64,000 bases of DNA from Candidatus Adlerbacteria bacterium (GTDB lineage: Bacteria; Patescibacteriota; Minisyncoccia; Phycocordibacterales; SBAW01). The stretch spans positions 299 through 64,298 of the forward strand of contig CAINNF010000008.1 in assembly GCA_903851045.1 (NCBI GenBank), given 5' to 3'. The notes beneath the pieces were generated by a model. That model was not told where the DNA came from. It did no database searches and worked only from the letters and a program-made list of their open reading frames with translations. Below are positions 9,828-18,803 of this stretch, in pieces (within the stretch, counting starts at the first letter, position 1; each line of letters starts with the position of its first letter). Both the position numbers and the translations under genes were made by a program.

Positions 9828-10868
9828 CTACATTTCCTGCACCTCTTGTTCGAGAGTGATGGAAAAAGTGTCCGATACTTTTTGTCTCACCGTGTTTGCG
9901 AGCGCAACCACGTCCGCACTTGATGCGCCGCGTGACACAACGAGCACCAGCGGCTGCCGCTCAAACAATCGCGCACTACCAACGCTCGTACCACGCAGCG
10001 CGAGCACCTTGTCGAGTAGCCACGCAAGCGGGATCTTCACTCCGTCCGCCTCCGGCACCGCAAAGACGGGCATAGTCGGATACTTAGCCACCAGCGCGTC
10101 AGCGTCCGCCTTTGATAGGATCGGATTCTTGAAGAACGAACCCGCGGTGCCCTCGACTAACAAGTCAGGAAATTTCTCTTTTCGTATCGCAAGCACCGCC
10201 TCGCGAATGTCCGTAAGTGTTGGGTGCTGCACGTTGGTGAATCGTACGGCAAGATCTTTGTACGAAAGGTTCGGTCGCGGCGTTCGCGCTTGCGCGAACG
10301 CCGCGCGAACAATCACATACTGTGCGGCATGCTGTTTGAAAAAACTGTCACGATACCCGAAGGCGCACGCACCGATGTCGAACTGTCGCACCTCTTCCGT
10401 CTCTTTATCATACACCTCGACCCATTGGAGCGTCTGCGACACTGACGCGCCGTAGGCGCCGATATTGCCCCATACCGCACCGCCAACCGTGCCGGGGATA
10501 CCCGACAGATTCTCAAGCCCCCACAGCCCGCGCTCGACAGCGTAAGCGACCACACCATCCCAACTCTCCCCCGCGCCCGCGGTGACCACAATTTTATCAT
10601 CTTCCGCTACAGCATGTTCCTTTTTTATATCCTTCTGTAATTCGAGTCCTCCGATCTCGATCTTGATGACCAACCCATCAAACCCCACGTCCGGCACGAG
10701 CGTATTCGACCCGCCACCCAGAACGTACGTAGCAACGTTGTCGTCCCGAGCCCAGCCGAGGGACTCTATAAGCTCCCCAATAGTATGTACCCGAACAAAA
10801 TACCGAGCCGACCCGCCAATATGGAAGGTGGTCAAAGGCGCAAGCGGCACGTTTTCCTCTATATGCAT
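9828..10868 (-). CDS. murB: UDP-N-acetylenolpyruvoylglucosamine reductase MurB
   Basis: 346 aa. N-terminal FAD-binding motif PLAPLTTFHIGGSARYFV...YVLGGGSNTLV. C-terminal MurB domain. Confidence 0.9.
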   Translation of the reverse strand: MHIEENVPLAPLTTFHIGGSARYFVRVHTIGELIESLGWARDDNVATYVLGGGSNTLVPDVGFDGLVIKIEIGGLELQKDIKKEHAVAEDDKIVVTAGAGESWDGVVAYAVERGLWGLENLSGIPGTVGGAVWGNIGAYGASVSQTLQWVEVYDKETEEVRQFDIGACAFGYRDSFFKQHAAQYVIVRAAFAQARTPRPNLSYKDLAVRFTNVQHPTLTDIREAVLAIRKEKFPDLLVEGTAGSFFKNPILSKADADALVAKYPTMPVFAVPEADGVKIPLAWLLDKVLALRGTSVGSARLFERQPLVLVVSRGASSADVVALANTVRQKVSDTFSITLEQEVQEM

Positions 10869-10933
10869 TCCATTACTCTACACGAAAAACTCCCTTGAGT
10901 GGGAGTGTTTCGTTGTGTGTCTCTGAATCTTTT

Positions 10934-13204
10934 CTACTGTTGTCCCGGTTTGAGCTTGCCGGACTGGATCTGCTCGATGAGCGACTGCGCTTGAGCGTCG
11001 ACCGTTGGGTCTGCCTTGGCTGCGGCCTGAAGCTCAGCGATCGTATTCGCGCCGTCACCGGAGGTGAAGTATGCCGACGCGAGACCAATGTGAATCTGCG
11101 CATTCTTCGGGTCGGCCGCGACGCGAGCCTTCCAGATACCGATGACGCGATCCCATTGCTTCGTGTTCGTGTAGACCTGGAGTAGGCGGGAATCGTCGAC
11201 GGAGACCGTACCAAAGCCCTGCTCGGTCGGACCCGAGAGGAGAACCTGGTCCGCGGTCGCCTTGTCCCCCGCGTACATGAGCGAAGCAGCGTAGAGAATG
11301 CGCGCATCCTTGTAGTTCGGCTCCTCGTCGAACGCGGCCTTCAAGACAGGTACGGCGTTCTTTGCTTGACCACTGTTGATGTACACGACACCGAGCTCGA
11401 ACTGGATCTGTTGTTTCTTCGGAGAATCCTTGAGCGCGCCGGAAAGATACTGTATCGCGCTCGGATACTGGCCGAACGAGTCGTAGAATGCACCAAGGAA
11501 AAGCTCGAGGCGGGCGTCCTGCGGACGCTCCGCAAGAATCGTCTTCCCTGCAGCCTCGGCGAAATCGTGCGTATCCTTTTTGACCGCTGGATCGACCGAC
11601 TGTGATGACGCCTGAGCGGAGGAGAACTGCATGAGCTGCTCGGCAGACTCCTGGTACCCCAGCCCCGTGCCCGGCCACACACCCGGGCCAAGTGCGACCT
11701 GGAATTGTGCAAGATTCATCTTTGGATCTTTCGGAGCGGCACCACCTTGGCCGTTGGACACCTGCGTGATGATCGCGGTGAGCAGATTCTGCGCACGAGT
11801 AAGACCCGGCACATTGAGCGTCCACACCACGAACACGACCGCGACGAGCACGAACGGTGCGACGACCGCCACACCCTGGTCGCTCACGGGCTTGGAGAGG
11901 AACAGTTTGCTATGCAACTTCCGACGAGTGAGGCTGTGCGCGAACGCAAGCAGCGTAAAGAAGTAAATCGAACTCATGATGTCGTCGAACACAAAGAGGT
12001 TGTTGAAGGCATACCCGGCAAGGAGGCCCAGGAACACCGCTTGCTCTGGTACGGCAAGCGCCTCGGTGTTGATGATAGCCATCGCGATGAGCACGAAGAA
12101 GAGGATGTAGAGCGTGAATGCCGGCAACCCGCCTGCGATTAACCAGTCCAGGAACTGGTTGTGCGCACGGTCGAACCACTGTTCCTGGGTATACATCCAT
12201 GGCTCGTAGTTCTTATTGAAGACATAGTTGAAGTTCTCCTGACCCCAACCTTGTATCGGACGCTCAACGAACCCCTGGAGCGCCATGTGCCAGATCGAGA
12301 AGCGTGCCGCGGTCGTTGGGTCGGCAAGCGAGATGGAAGCGACACGGCTGAGCGTCTGAGAGCGCTGAACGATTGGCGTCGAGCGAAGAGCAAAGAGCCC
12401 GACCACCAACACGACAAGTGCGCCCAAGCCCCAGAGCGAGACCTTGCGGAACCCCTGCCACTCCTTCGTCTTTGCGAACACCGCTGTATACACCGCCGCG
12501 ACGATTACGCCCACCACAAGCCCCAAGAGCGCACCGCGCGTCTGAGTGTAGTAGAGCGTCACGACCTGAAGCACTAGCGCTATCCCATAGAGCACTTGTG
12601 TCCACGGAATTTTGCGATGGCGAACCAACATGAACAGCGTGATAAAGCTGTTGAAGAGCATGAAGACGCCAAGATACGCGGCGTTACCGAACGTCGTATC
12701 GACGCGCGCACCGCTTTGGGACGATATGTGCAAGACACCCATCAACTGAAGAAGCGCGTAGCCACCCATGATGGCTGAGGCGAGTATCGAGATCTGGAAC
12801 AATCGCTCCCACCACTCCTCGGTCGCGACGACCGCGCCGACGAGCAGGAAGTACACGAAGAGGTGCAGGAGGGTGATGTACCCTTCCATACGCTCGAAGT
12901 TACTCCAGAAGCTCTTGATAGGATCGACACTAAGACCAGTAGCGAGCCCCATCCAGAGGACGAACGCGCACGCGGTCCACATGACCCACGACGCCTTCGG
13001 TCGATACTTCGGCTCGCGGAGCGCGAGGATCACATAGACACCGAGCAATACCTCGATGAGGATACGGAACGCGAAGTTCTTACCCGTAATGAACGGGAAG
13101 AACATGTTAGGAATAAAAGTACCGTCAGCGATAATAAAAGAAACAAAGAACACGAGGCCAAGCCCGATAAGTAGGACCCAGCGCAAAATCTTGGTATACG
13201 ACAT
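10934..13204 (-). CDS. Wzy_C/O-antigen-ligase-family polytopic membrane protein fused to C-terminal TPR repeats
   Basis: 756 aa with about 12 TM helices. O-antigen ligase/polymerase-type core (ERMEGYITLLHLFVYFLL...NAAYLGVFMLFNS...HNQFLDWLIAGGL). Soluble C-terminal about 250 aa with TPR-like repeats (AQIHIGLASAYFTSGD...). Confidence 0.7.
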   Translation of the reverse strand: MSYTKILRWVLLIGLGLVFFVSFIIADGTFIPNMFFPFITGKNFAFRILIEVLLGVYVILALREPKYRPKASWVMWTACAFVLWMGLATGLSVDPIKSFWSNFERMEGYITLLHLFVYFLLVGAVVATEEWWERLFQISILASAIMGGYALLQLMGVLHISSQSGARVDTTFGNAAYLGVFMLFNSFITLFMLVRHRKIPWTQVLYGIALVLQVVTLYYTQTRGALLGLVVGVIVAAVYTAVFAKTKEWQGFRKVSLWGLGALVVLVVGLFALRSTPIVQRSQTLSRVASISLADPTTAARFSIWHMALQGFVERPIQGWGQENFNYVFNKNYEPWMYTQEQWFDRAHNQFLDWLIAGGLPAFTLYILFFVLIAMAIINTEALAVPEQAVFLGLLAGYAFNNLFVFDDIMSSIYFFTLLAFAHSLTRRKLHSKLFLSKPVSDQGVAVVAPFVLVAVVFVVWTLNVPGLTRAQNLLTAIITQVSNGQGGAAPKDPKMNLAQFQVALGPGVWPGTGLGYQESAEQLMQFSSAQASSQSVDPAVKKDTHDFAEAAGKTILAERPQDARLELFLGAFYDSFGQYPSAIQYLSGALKDSPKKQQIQFELGVVYINSGQAKNAVPVLKAAFDEEPNYKDARILYAASLMYAGDKATADQVLLSGPTEQGFGTVSVDDSRLLQVYTNTKQWDRVIGIWKARVAADPKNAQIHIGLASAYFTSGDGANTIAELQAAAKADPTVDAQAQSLIEQIQSGKLKPGQQ

Positions 13205-13275
13205 ACCACAAGACTATATCACAGCTTGAAACCGAGACCAGAGCCACGTTTACGATCTTCTGATAGAGTGAGTAT

Positions 13276-13839
13276 ATGAAAAAAGCAGTCTTCTTCGACC
13301 GAGACGGCACACTTCTCACTTTGTATGAGGGCACCGGATACCTCACAAGCACAAAAGGTATGCGGCTCATGCCTGGGGCGGCGGCGGCCATCGCGGCGTG
13401 CAATATGGCCGGATTTCTTGTCTTGCTCCACACCAATCAGGCGAATATAGCTCGGGGGAGGTTGACCGAGAAAGACCTACATACCATACATACGACGATT
13501 GAAAAACGCTTACAAAAGGCCGGTGCACATATCGACGGTATATACTATTGTCCGCACCACCCTGCCGGTACGGTCGAACGATACCGTCTCGTGTGTGAGT
13601 GCCGCAAGCCGGAAGCGGGCATGTTGACAACAGCGATCAAAGAGTTCGGCATAGATGCCTCAAAAAGTTTTTTAGTCGGTGATAGCCGCAAGGATATCTT
13701 GGCGGGCAGACGTGCAGGACTCAACACACTCCTCGTCATGACCGGGAACGCTGGCAAGGAAGAGGGAGCGCCATCTATAGAACCGGACTTTTTTGTTGCA
13801 AACATAAGCGAAGCGGTACGGCATATACTCAAAAAATAA
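13276..13839 (+). CDS. gmhB: D-glycero-D-manno-heptose-1,7-bisphosphate phosphatase (HAD-IIIA)
   Basis: 187 aa. HAD motif I FFDRDGTLL. Zn-binding CPHHP...CECRKP. Motif III GDSRKDILAG. Confidence 0.8.
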   Translation: MKKAVFFDRDGTLLTLYEGTGYLTSTKGMRLMPGAAAAIAACNMAGFLVLLHTNQANIARGRLTEKDLHTIHTTIEKRLQKAGAHIDGIYYCPHHPAGTVERYRLVCECRKPEAGMLTTAIKEFGIDASKSFLVGDSRKDILAGRRAGLNTLLVMTGNAGKEEGAPSIEPDFFVANISEAVRHILKK

Positions 13840-13879
13840 AAGACGATCGACGTTGTGCCGATCGTCTTGCATCTGCGTC

Positions 13880-14332
13880 TCACTCGATCCGTATCTCACG
13901 TGGATCGACCCATATCACCACCTCATCTCCATACCTGATGTTGGGGATCATTGGAGCGATGATCTCCAAAACCGAAGCATCGTGAGGATGGGCTTGTTTG
14001 GTGGAAGGGTCCGGGTGATATATCCAACCTTCACAGATCTCGGACCCAACAGCAACACCGCACCGAGAAAAGAAGAAATTTTCCGGCGGGTAGTCAGCAT
14101 GCCACGACACCCCCGTGACCGTTGGTTCCCTCAGTCGCATCGCCCACTCATGCGGGTGAATGGACACGTTGAGGGTAGCAAGGTACGACCCACTAAGGTC
14201 GATACCGCGGGCTTGAAAAAGGGGTGCTTGGAGCTCGATAGTACCCTTGCCAAAAGGGCTCGTCCCATCGACATTCGAAGCGAGGCGGTATCCTTGCACG
14301 ACGACACCTGGAACAGATTCACGACCGCACAT
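13880..14332 (-). CDS. Hypothetical protein
   Basis: 150-aa ORF with no family recognised by eye. Codon usage is consistent with the host. Confidence 0.35.
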   Translation of the reverse strand: MCGRESVPGVVVQGYRLASNVDGTSPFGKGTIELQAPLFQARGIDLSGSYLATLNVSIHPHEWAMRLREPTVTGVSWHADYPPENFFFSRCGVAVGSEICEGWIYHPDPSTKQAHPHDASVLEIIAPMIPNIRYGDEVVIWVDPREIRIE

Positions 14333-14422
14333 ATCTCACTCCTGTTTGATCGATGCCGGAGTATTTATAGCACAGTACGTCGCTTACCGCAGCCTCGCTA
14401 GCGTGAAGTCTTAAGCTACCTT

Positions 14423-15412
14423 ATGATGTACTCATTCGCTACTGAACACATGCGTACCAAACCGAAAAAAATCCTCGTTATAGGCGACATGATCCTGGAC
14501 GTATACCATACGGGAACATACATCGGGCAGTCACTCTCTGACACGGAAACTCCGGTCGGTAAGGCCACATCAACGACCCACACCTGGGGAGGAGCGGGTT
14601 TTCTCGTTCGAAACATCTTGGCGTTGGGAGGTGCGGTCACGTTCGTTTCGTATGTCGGAACGGACGACTTTGCGAAAAAAGTGAATTTATTCAAACATGC
14701 GCATTTGACCAAAGCGTTCTCCCAGACCTCAAAGAAATCGACGACCGTAAAGGAACGATTTTGGCTTGGAGATAAGAAGCATCTTGGCTGGCATCGAACC
14801 GACGATTCCCCTCTTCCCTCCATACAAGCAAAGCAGGTACTGGGACGTATACGAACAGAAATTCCAACAGTTGAGAAGGTCATAGTCGCAGACTACCGAC
14901 ATGGCCTCCTTTCAGCATCCATGGCTCGACAGATAGTCAAGATGTGCGCCGCAGCGCACAAGCCTATATATATCGATTCACAAGTCTCATACGGCGACAG
15001 TAACCACCACTGGTACGAGGGCGCGACGCTTTTTTGTCTCAACCAAAAGGAGGCGTCACGCGTGAGCCCGCTGTTCGATCCGAACCATTTACGCGCCTCC
15101 ATGGAGCGTCTACAACAAAGCCTTCGTACCCCAAATGTCGTTATAAAACTTGGCGAACGCGGGTGCGCGGCGTTGTTCGATTCGGCATATTTCGAGACTC
15201 GAGCACATACGGTCGTGCCAGTCGATACGACCGGGGCTGGCGATGCGTTCCTAGCAAGCCTCGCGATCGGCGGTACTCCTCTTGGAGACCATGACCTAGA
15301 ACACGCTAACATTTGGGCAGGATTATCCACGACCGTACTCGGCACAGAGGTCCCCCCGATAGCAACGTACAACAAACTCGTTGCTAAAATAGCGCATAAG
15401 ACGAATCGTTGA
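14423..15412 (+). CDS. PfkB-family sugar kinase, RfaE/HldE domain I-like (D-glycero-beta-D-manno-heptose-7-phosphate kinase)
   Basis: 329 aa. Motifs KILVIGDMILDVY...GGAGFLVRNILALGG and the PfkB anion-hole motif VPVDTTGAGDAFLASLA. Confidence 0.75.
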   Translation: MMYSFATEHMRTKPKKILVIGDMILDVYHTGTYIGQSLSDTETPVGKATSTTHTWGGAGFLVRNILALGGAVTFVSYVGTDDFAKKVNLFKHAHLTKAFSQTSKKSTTVKERFWLGDKKHLGWHRTDDSPLPSIQAKQVLGRIRTEIPTVEKVIVADYRHGLLSASMARQIVKMCAAAHKPIYIDSQVSYGDSNHHWYEGATLFCLNQKEASRVSPLFDPNHLRASMERLQQSLRTPNVVIKLGERGCAALFDSAYFETRAHTVVPVDTTGAGDAFLASLAIGGTPLGDHDLEHANIWAGLSTTVLGTEVPPIATYNKLVAKIAHKTNR

Positions 15413-15473
15413 CAAAAAAGTTACGTAGTCTATTGTCGGTATAGCAGAACCTCAGAAAGCAATGGAGTGACTG

Positions 15474-16223
15474 GTGCCTCAAAGCATTTCCCAACCAAGC
15501 ATACGTGCCGTGACGCTCAATGTCGACTGTGATAGAAATACCGAAACGGTCGAGCGATACCTAGCGACACATCGACCCGAGGTGGTGTGTCTGCAAGAAG
15601 TTATGAAAGTGGACGTGCCTCGATTCGCTCGCGCGATTGGCGGACACGGGCATTTTGTCCCCATGACTCGCGTCCTGTCACATGGTGAGTGGCGTGAGGT
15701 CGGCATATGCATACTCACTTCTCTGCAGCAGACAGGAAGCGAAGCGGTCTACTATGTCGGCTCTCCAGGCATCCTGCATAATCTGGACCGACATGACCCT
15801 GCTTCCCGTCGCGAGGTTGAGCACCGTATCCTCCTCGTCAGCGATATCGTAAAAGAAAGGGTGCTGTTCACGTTCGCGACGACGCACTTCACCTGGGTAC
15901 CCGACGGTCAGCCTGACGACTTCCAGCGAAACGACGTGCGCACGCTCATCGGGATGCTCCAAGGTTTGAAAGAGGTGGTCTTCTGCGGCGACATGAACGC
16001 TGTTCGAGGCGGAGAGATATTCGACCTGTTGGCGACACATCTACACGATAATGTCCCCGCCACCTTCGCGACGAGCATCGACCCAGAACGCCACAAGGTG
16101 CGTGGCCTCCGTGCAATGGTCGACGGCATCTTTAGCACCCCAGGGATGTGCGTCGAGCACGTGGACATGACCTTTGGGGTGAGCGACCATGGCGCACTCA
16201 GCGCGACCGTTTCAAAACGATAA
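15474..16223 (+). CDS. Endonuclease/exonuclease/phosphatase (EEP) family protein
   Basis: 249 aa. VTLNVDCDRN...VVCLQEV and a C-terminal SDH motif, characteristic of the EEP fold. Confidence 0.65.
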   Translation: MPQSISQPSIRAVTLNVDCDRNTETVERYLATHRPEVVCLQEVMKVDVPRFARAIGGHGHFVPMTRVLSHGEWREVGICILTSLQQTGSEAVYYVGSPGILHNLDRHDPASRREVEHRILLVSDIVKERVLFTFATTHFTWVPDGQPDDFQRNDVRTLIGMLQGLKEVVFCGDMNAVRGGEIFDLLATHLHDNVPATFATSIDPERHKVRGLRAMVDGIFSTPGMCVEHVDMTFGVSDHGALSATVSKR

Positions 16224-16265
16224 AGAAAAAGGCGGGCAGTACCAACTGTCCGCCTCCTTTTTTAC

Positions 16266-16772
16266 TTAAGCTCCGTACCGCTGCACTATCGTCTCGATGA
16301 TATTGGTTGTCGATAGTCCCTCGCTGTAGGGAGCGAGCCGTAGTTCGCCCCCGAAGCTTTCCACCAAAGCCTTTTCGGCGGGAAACGCCGGATCCTGTGC
16401 GCTTCCCTCGCCTTTGATATGGATATCGGGTTTCAACAGAGGAAACCAACTAGGCGGATTACCATCGAAGATAAATACATAGTCAACGGCACGCAGACCG
16501 GCAAGCACGCGAGCCCGGTTTTGTGCATCGACAATCGGACGCTTCTCGCCTTTGAGAGCGCGTATGGAGTCATCGGAGTTAATCCCGACCACCAACACAT
16601 CACCTTGTGCCTGAGCCCATTCGAACGAACGGACGTGGCCCGGGTGGATGATGTCGAAACAGCCGTTCGTGGTCACTACCCGTCGACCCTCCGCGCGTAG
16701 TGCCGCGACAATGGGCACGAGCTCTGCGAGCGTTTTGATACGGTCTGCGCCAGGTAGTGGTGTCTCGCTCAT
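16266..16772 (-). CDS. D-glycero-beta-D-manno-heptose-1-phosphate adenylyltransferase (RfaE/HldE domain II-like cytidylyltransferase fold)
   Basis: Motifs VVTTNGCFDIIHPGHVRSFEWAQAQGDVLVVGINSDDSIRALKG...RARVLAGLRAVDYVFIF. The start is moved to the internal MSETPL (ATG at 16772). The track start at 16910 would overlap the upstream radical-SAM gene. Confidence 0.8.
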   Translation of the reverse strand: MSETPLPGADRIKTLAELVPIVAALRAEGRRVVTTNGCFDIIHPGHVRSFEWAQAQGDVLVVGINSDDSIRALKGEKRPIVDAQNRARVLAGLRAVDYVFIFDGNPPSWFPLLKPDIHIKGEGSAQDPAFPAEKALVESFGGELRLAPYSEGLSTTNIIETIVQRYGA

Positions 16773-16884
16773 ATACGTTCTCCTGCTGTCAGACCGTACT
16801 GTATCACACCCGTGAACCGCCGACGAGTATGGAAAAGACCGCTTCCCTTGGGAGAGAAGCGGTCGAAGTGTCGTGGTGTATTGA

Positions 16885-18672
16885 TCAGCGAGCGATCCGT
16901 GCTGGCCCACCTCGTATGCGGTAGAGCTCTACCTCAAAAAGATGGTTACGCACAATATCGTTCATTCCGATGAGCGTCTGGCCGATCGTTGGACCAAACA
17001 CATCCTGTCGCAGCATCGCCTCCGCCAGATCCCCTCCTGCCACAAAAGAACAGAAAAGGTATGGGTTCTGCGCGACCGGTGTCGGAAGCTCCTCAGGGCT
17101 GGCATATCCCAGCTCATGCGCAAGCGCATGTGTCCAACCCTCCATCGTATCCGCCGAGTGATACCTGCGCAGGTGTCTGTGCGTCTCCTGGCCGATAGTC
17201 TCCCAGCTCCACATGTCGTCAGGAACATCGACAAGCGTTGCACCCAACTCCTCTCCATATGGCACGCGAGGCAGCCAATTGAAGAGGCGGTGAAGCCGCA
17301 CGGTCCGTTCGCGATAGCGATCGTTCTCGAAGTCGGACAGGTAGGAGAGTGCACCTACCGTTGCGTCCTTGTCGCCACGCGAACGTTCTTCAGCATCGGG
17401 AAGATAGAGGATGTCGGCGGTCAACGCACCGGTTGGTACCGCCTGCATCCGAAGCAAAGATCTCTTCCTCCTACTGCTTGCGAGCCCATGCACGATACGC
17501 TCGATGTCTCGAGGTCCGCCGTCGACATGACGCAACACGCTTCGCAGAAAGAACGATTCTTCCAAATCATCCTCACCGCCGCTATGCATGCCGAACGCGG
17601 TCGCGATCCGTCCGATGTTCACGAACGGATACGGCGACAGGATCGAGGCCCAGGCGTGTGTCGGGTCGATCTCCCGATTGAGCGCCAAGGTTCCCAGATC
17701 CGTTCTCGTGTCACTGAACGGAACCGCGAGTATCTGCTCGGTCCGTAGCGACATACCGCGCGAAAGTATCTTGCGGCACCCCTCGACGATGAGTTCGTGT
17801 TGCATCGGACGAAAGAGCACCTCCTTGCGGAGGAACTCGTTGCCCGACTCGATGGCAAGCGTGATGCCTGTGCACCCCGCCTCAGCAAGGAGGTCGAGTC
17901 GTCGGTCCCCTGACGAGTGTTGCGTCATTTCCAGACGCATCTGACAGTGGAACGGGACGCCGACCTCGGCCTTCCAGCGATGTGCGAACTCTTGTAGCAA
18001 CGTAAGATTAAGCCCAAACACATCGTCTTGGAAGTAGAAGAGCTTCGTGTCCGGCCAGCTGGCCATCACGATGCGCGCTTCGCGGATCACGTCGTCAAGC
18101 GACCGGAACACTGGCTCATATCCGCCATGCATCCGGTTGAACTCGTCGACATAGCAATAGGTGCAGCGGAATGGGCACCGCAGCGACCAGAGGTGACTCT
18201 TGATCGGACTGTGAACGAATTCCGGATACGCATCGTACAACACGCGACGACTTGGAACCGGAAACTGCTCCGTGTGCCCGTGTGGGTCGAAGTGTACTCC
18301 TTTCGCCAATGTGCCGCTGAGCACTTGCCGCAGATAGCCGAAGCCGCTGCCGCGCACCACCCAGTCAGCATGCGGGACACATTGTTCGTGCGAGTATGTC
18401 GCGTGTGGGCCACCCATAACGACAGGTATGCCACGACCACGCACCCGGTCGCACGCACGAAACATCGGCTTGTGATACCCCGTCCAGATATGGCATCCGA
18501 CGAGATCAGGTTTCCATCGATCTACCTTCCGAAAAAAGGGTCCGAAATCGTTCCCTTGTACAAGCTCGATATCACATTCCCAACCCATATCGAGCACCAC
18601 TTGCGACAAGTAATGCAGGCCGAGAGGCTCGACACCACCAGGATGCCGAGCCAGGAAGAGCATCCGTGGCAT
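16885..18672 (-). CDS. B12-binding-domain radical SAM enzyme
   Basis: 595 aa. N-terminal cobalamin-binding-like domain, then the radical SAM cysteine triad CPFRCTYC. Confidence 0.75.
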   Translation of the reverse strand: MPRMLFLARHPGGVEPLGLHYLSQVVLDMGWECDIELVQGNDFGPFFRKVDRWKPDLVGCHIWTGYHKPMFRACDRVRGRGIPVVMGGPHATYSHEQCVPHADWVVRGSGFGYLRQVLSGTLAKGVHFDPHGHTEQFPVPSRRVLYDAYPEFVHSPIKSHLWSLRCPFRCTYCYVDEFNRMHGGYEPVFRSLDDVIREARIVMASWPDTKLFYFQDDVFGLNLTLLQEFAHRWKAEVGVPFHCQMRLEMTQHSSGDRRLDLLAEAGCTGITLAIESGNEFLRKEVLFRPMQHELIVEGCRKILSRGMSLRTEQILAVPFSDTRTDLGTLALNREIDPTHAWASILSPYPFVNIGRIATAFGMHSGGEDDLEESFFLRSVLRHVDGGPRDIERIVHGLASSRRKRSLLRMQAVPTGALTADILYLPDAEERSRGDKDATVGALSYLSDFENDRYRERTVRLHRLFNWLPRVPYGEELGATLVDVPDDMWSWETIGQETHRHLRRYHSADTMEGWTHALAHELGYASPEELPTPVAQNPYLFCSFVAGGDLAEAMLRQDVFGPTIGQTLIGMNDIVRNHLFEVELYRIRGGPARIAR

Positions 18673-18803
18673 GTCCGTATTCCCTTATGAAGAGGTCATG
18701 GATAGCTCACAAAGAGCTTCTGTAAAAACCTTACCACGTCACCACGCGCACTTTAAGAGCGATACAGAGGCACAACACATGTGCGGGTATAACGCAAAGG
18801 GTT

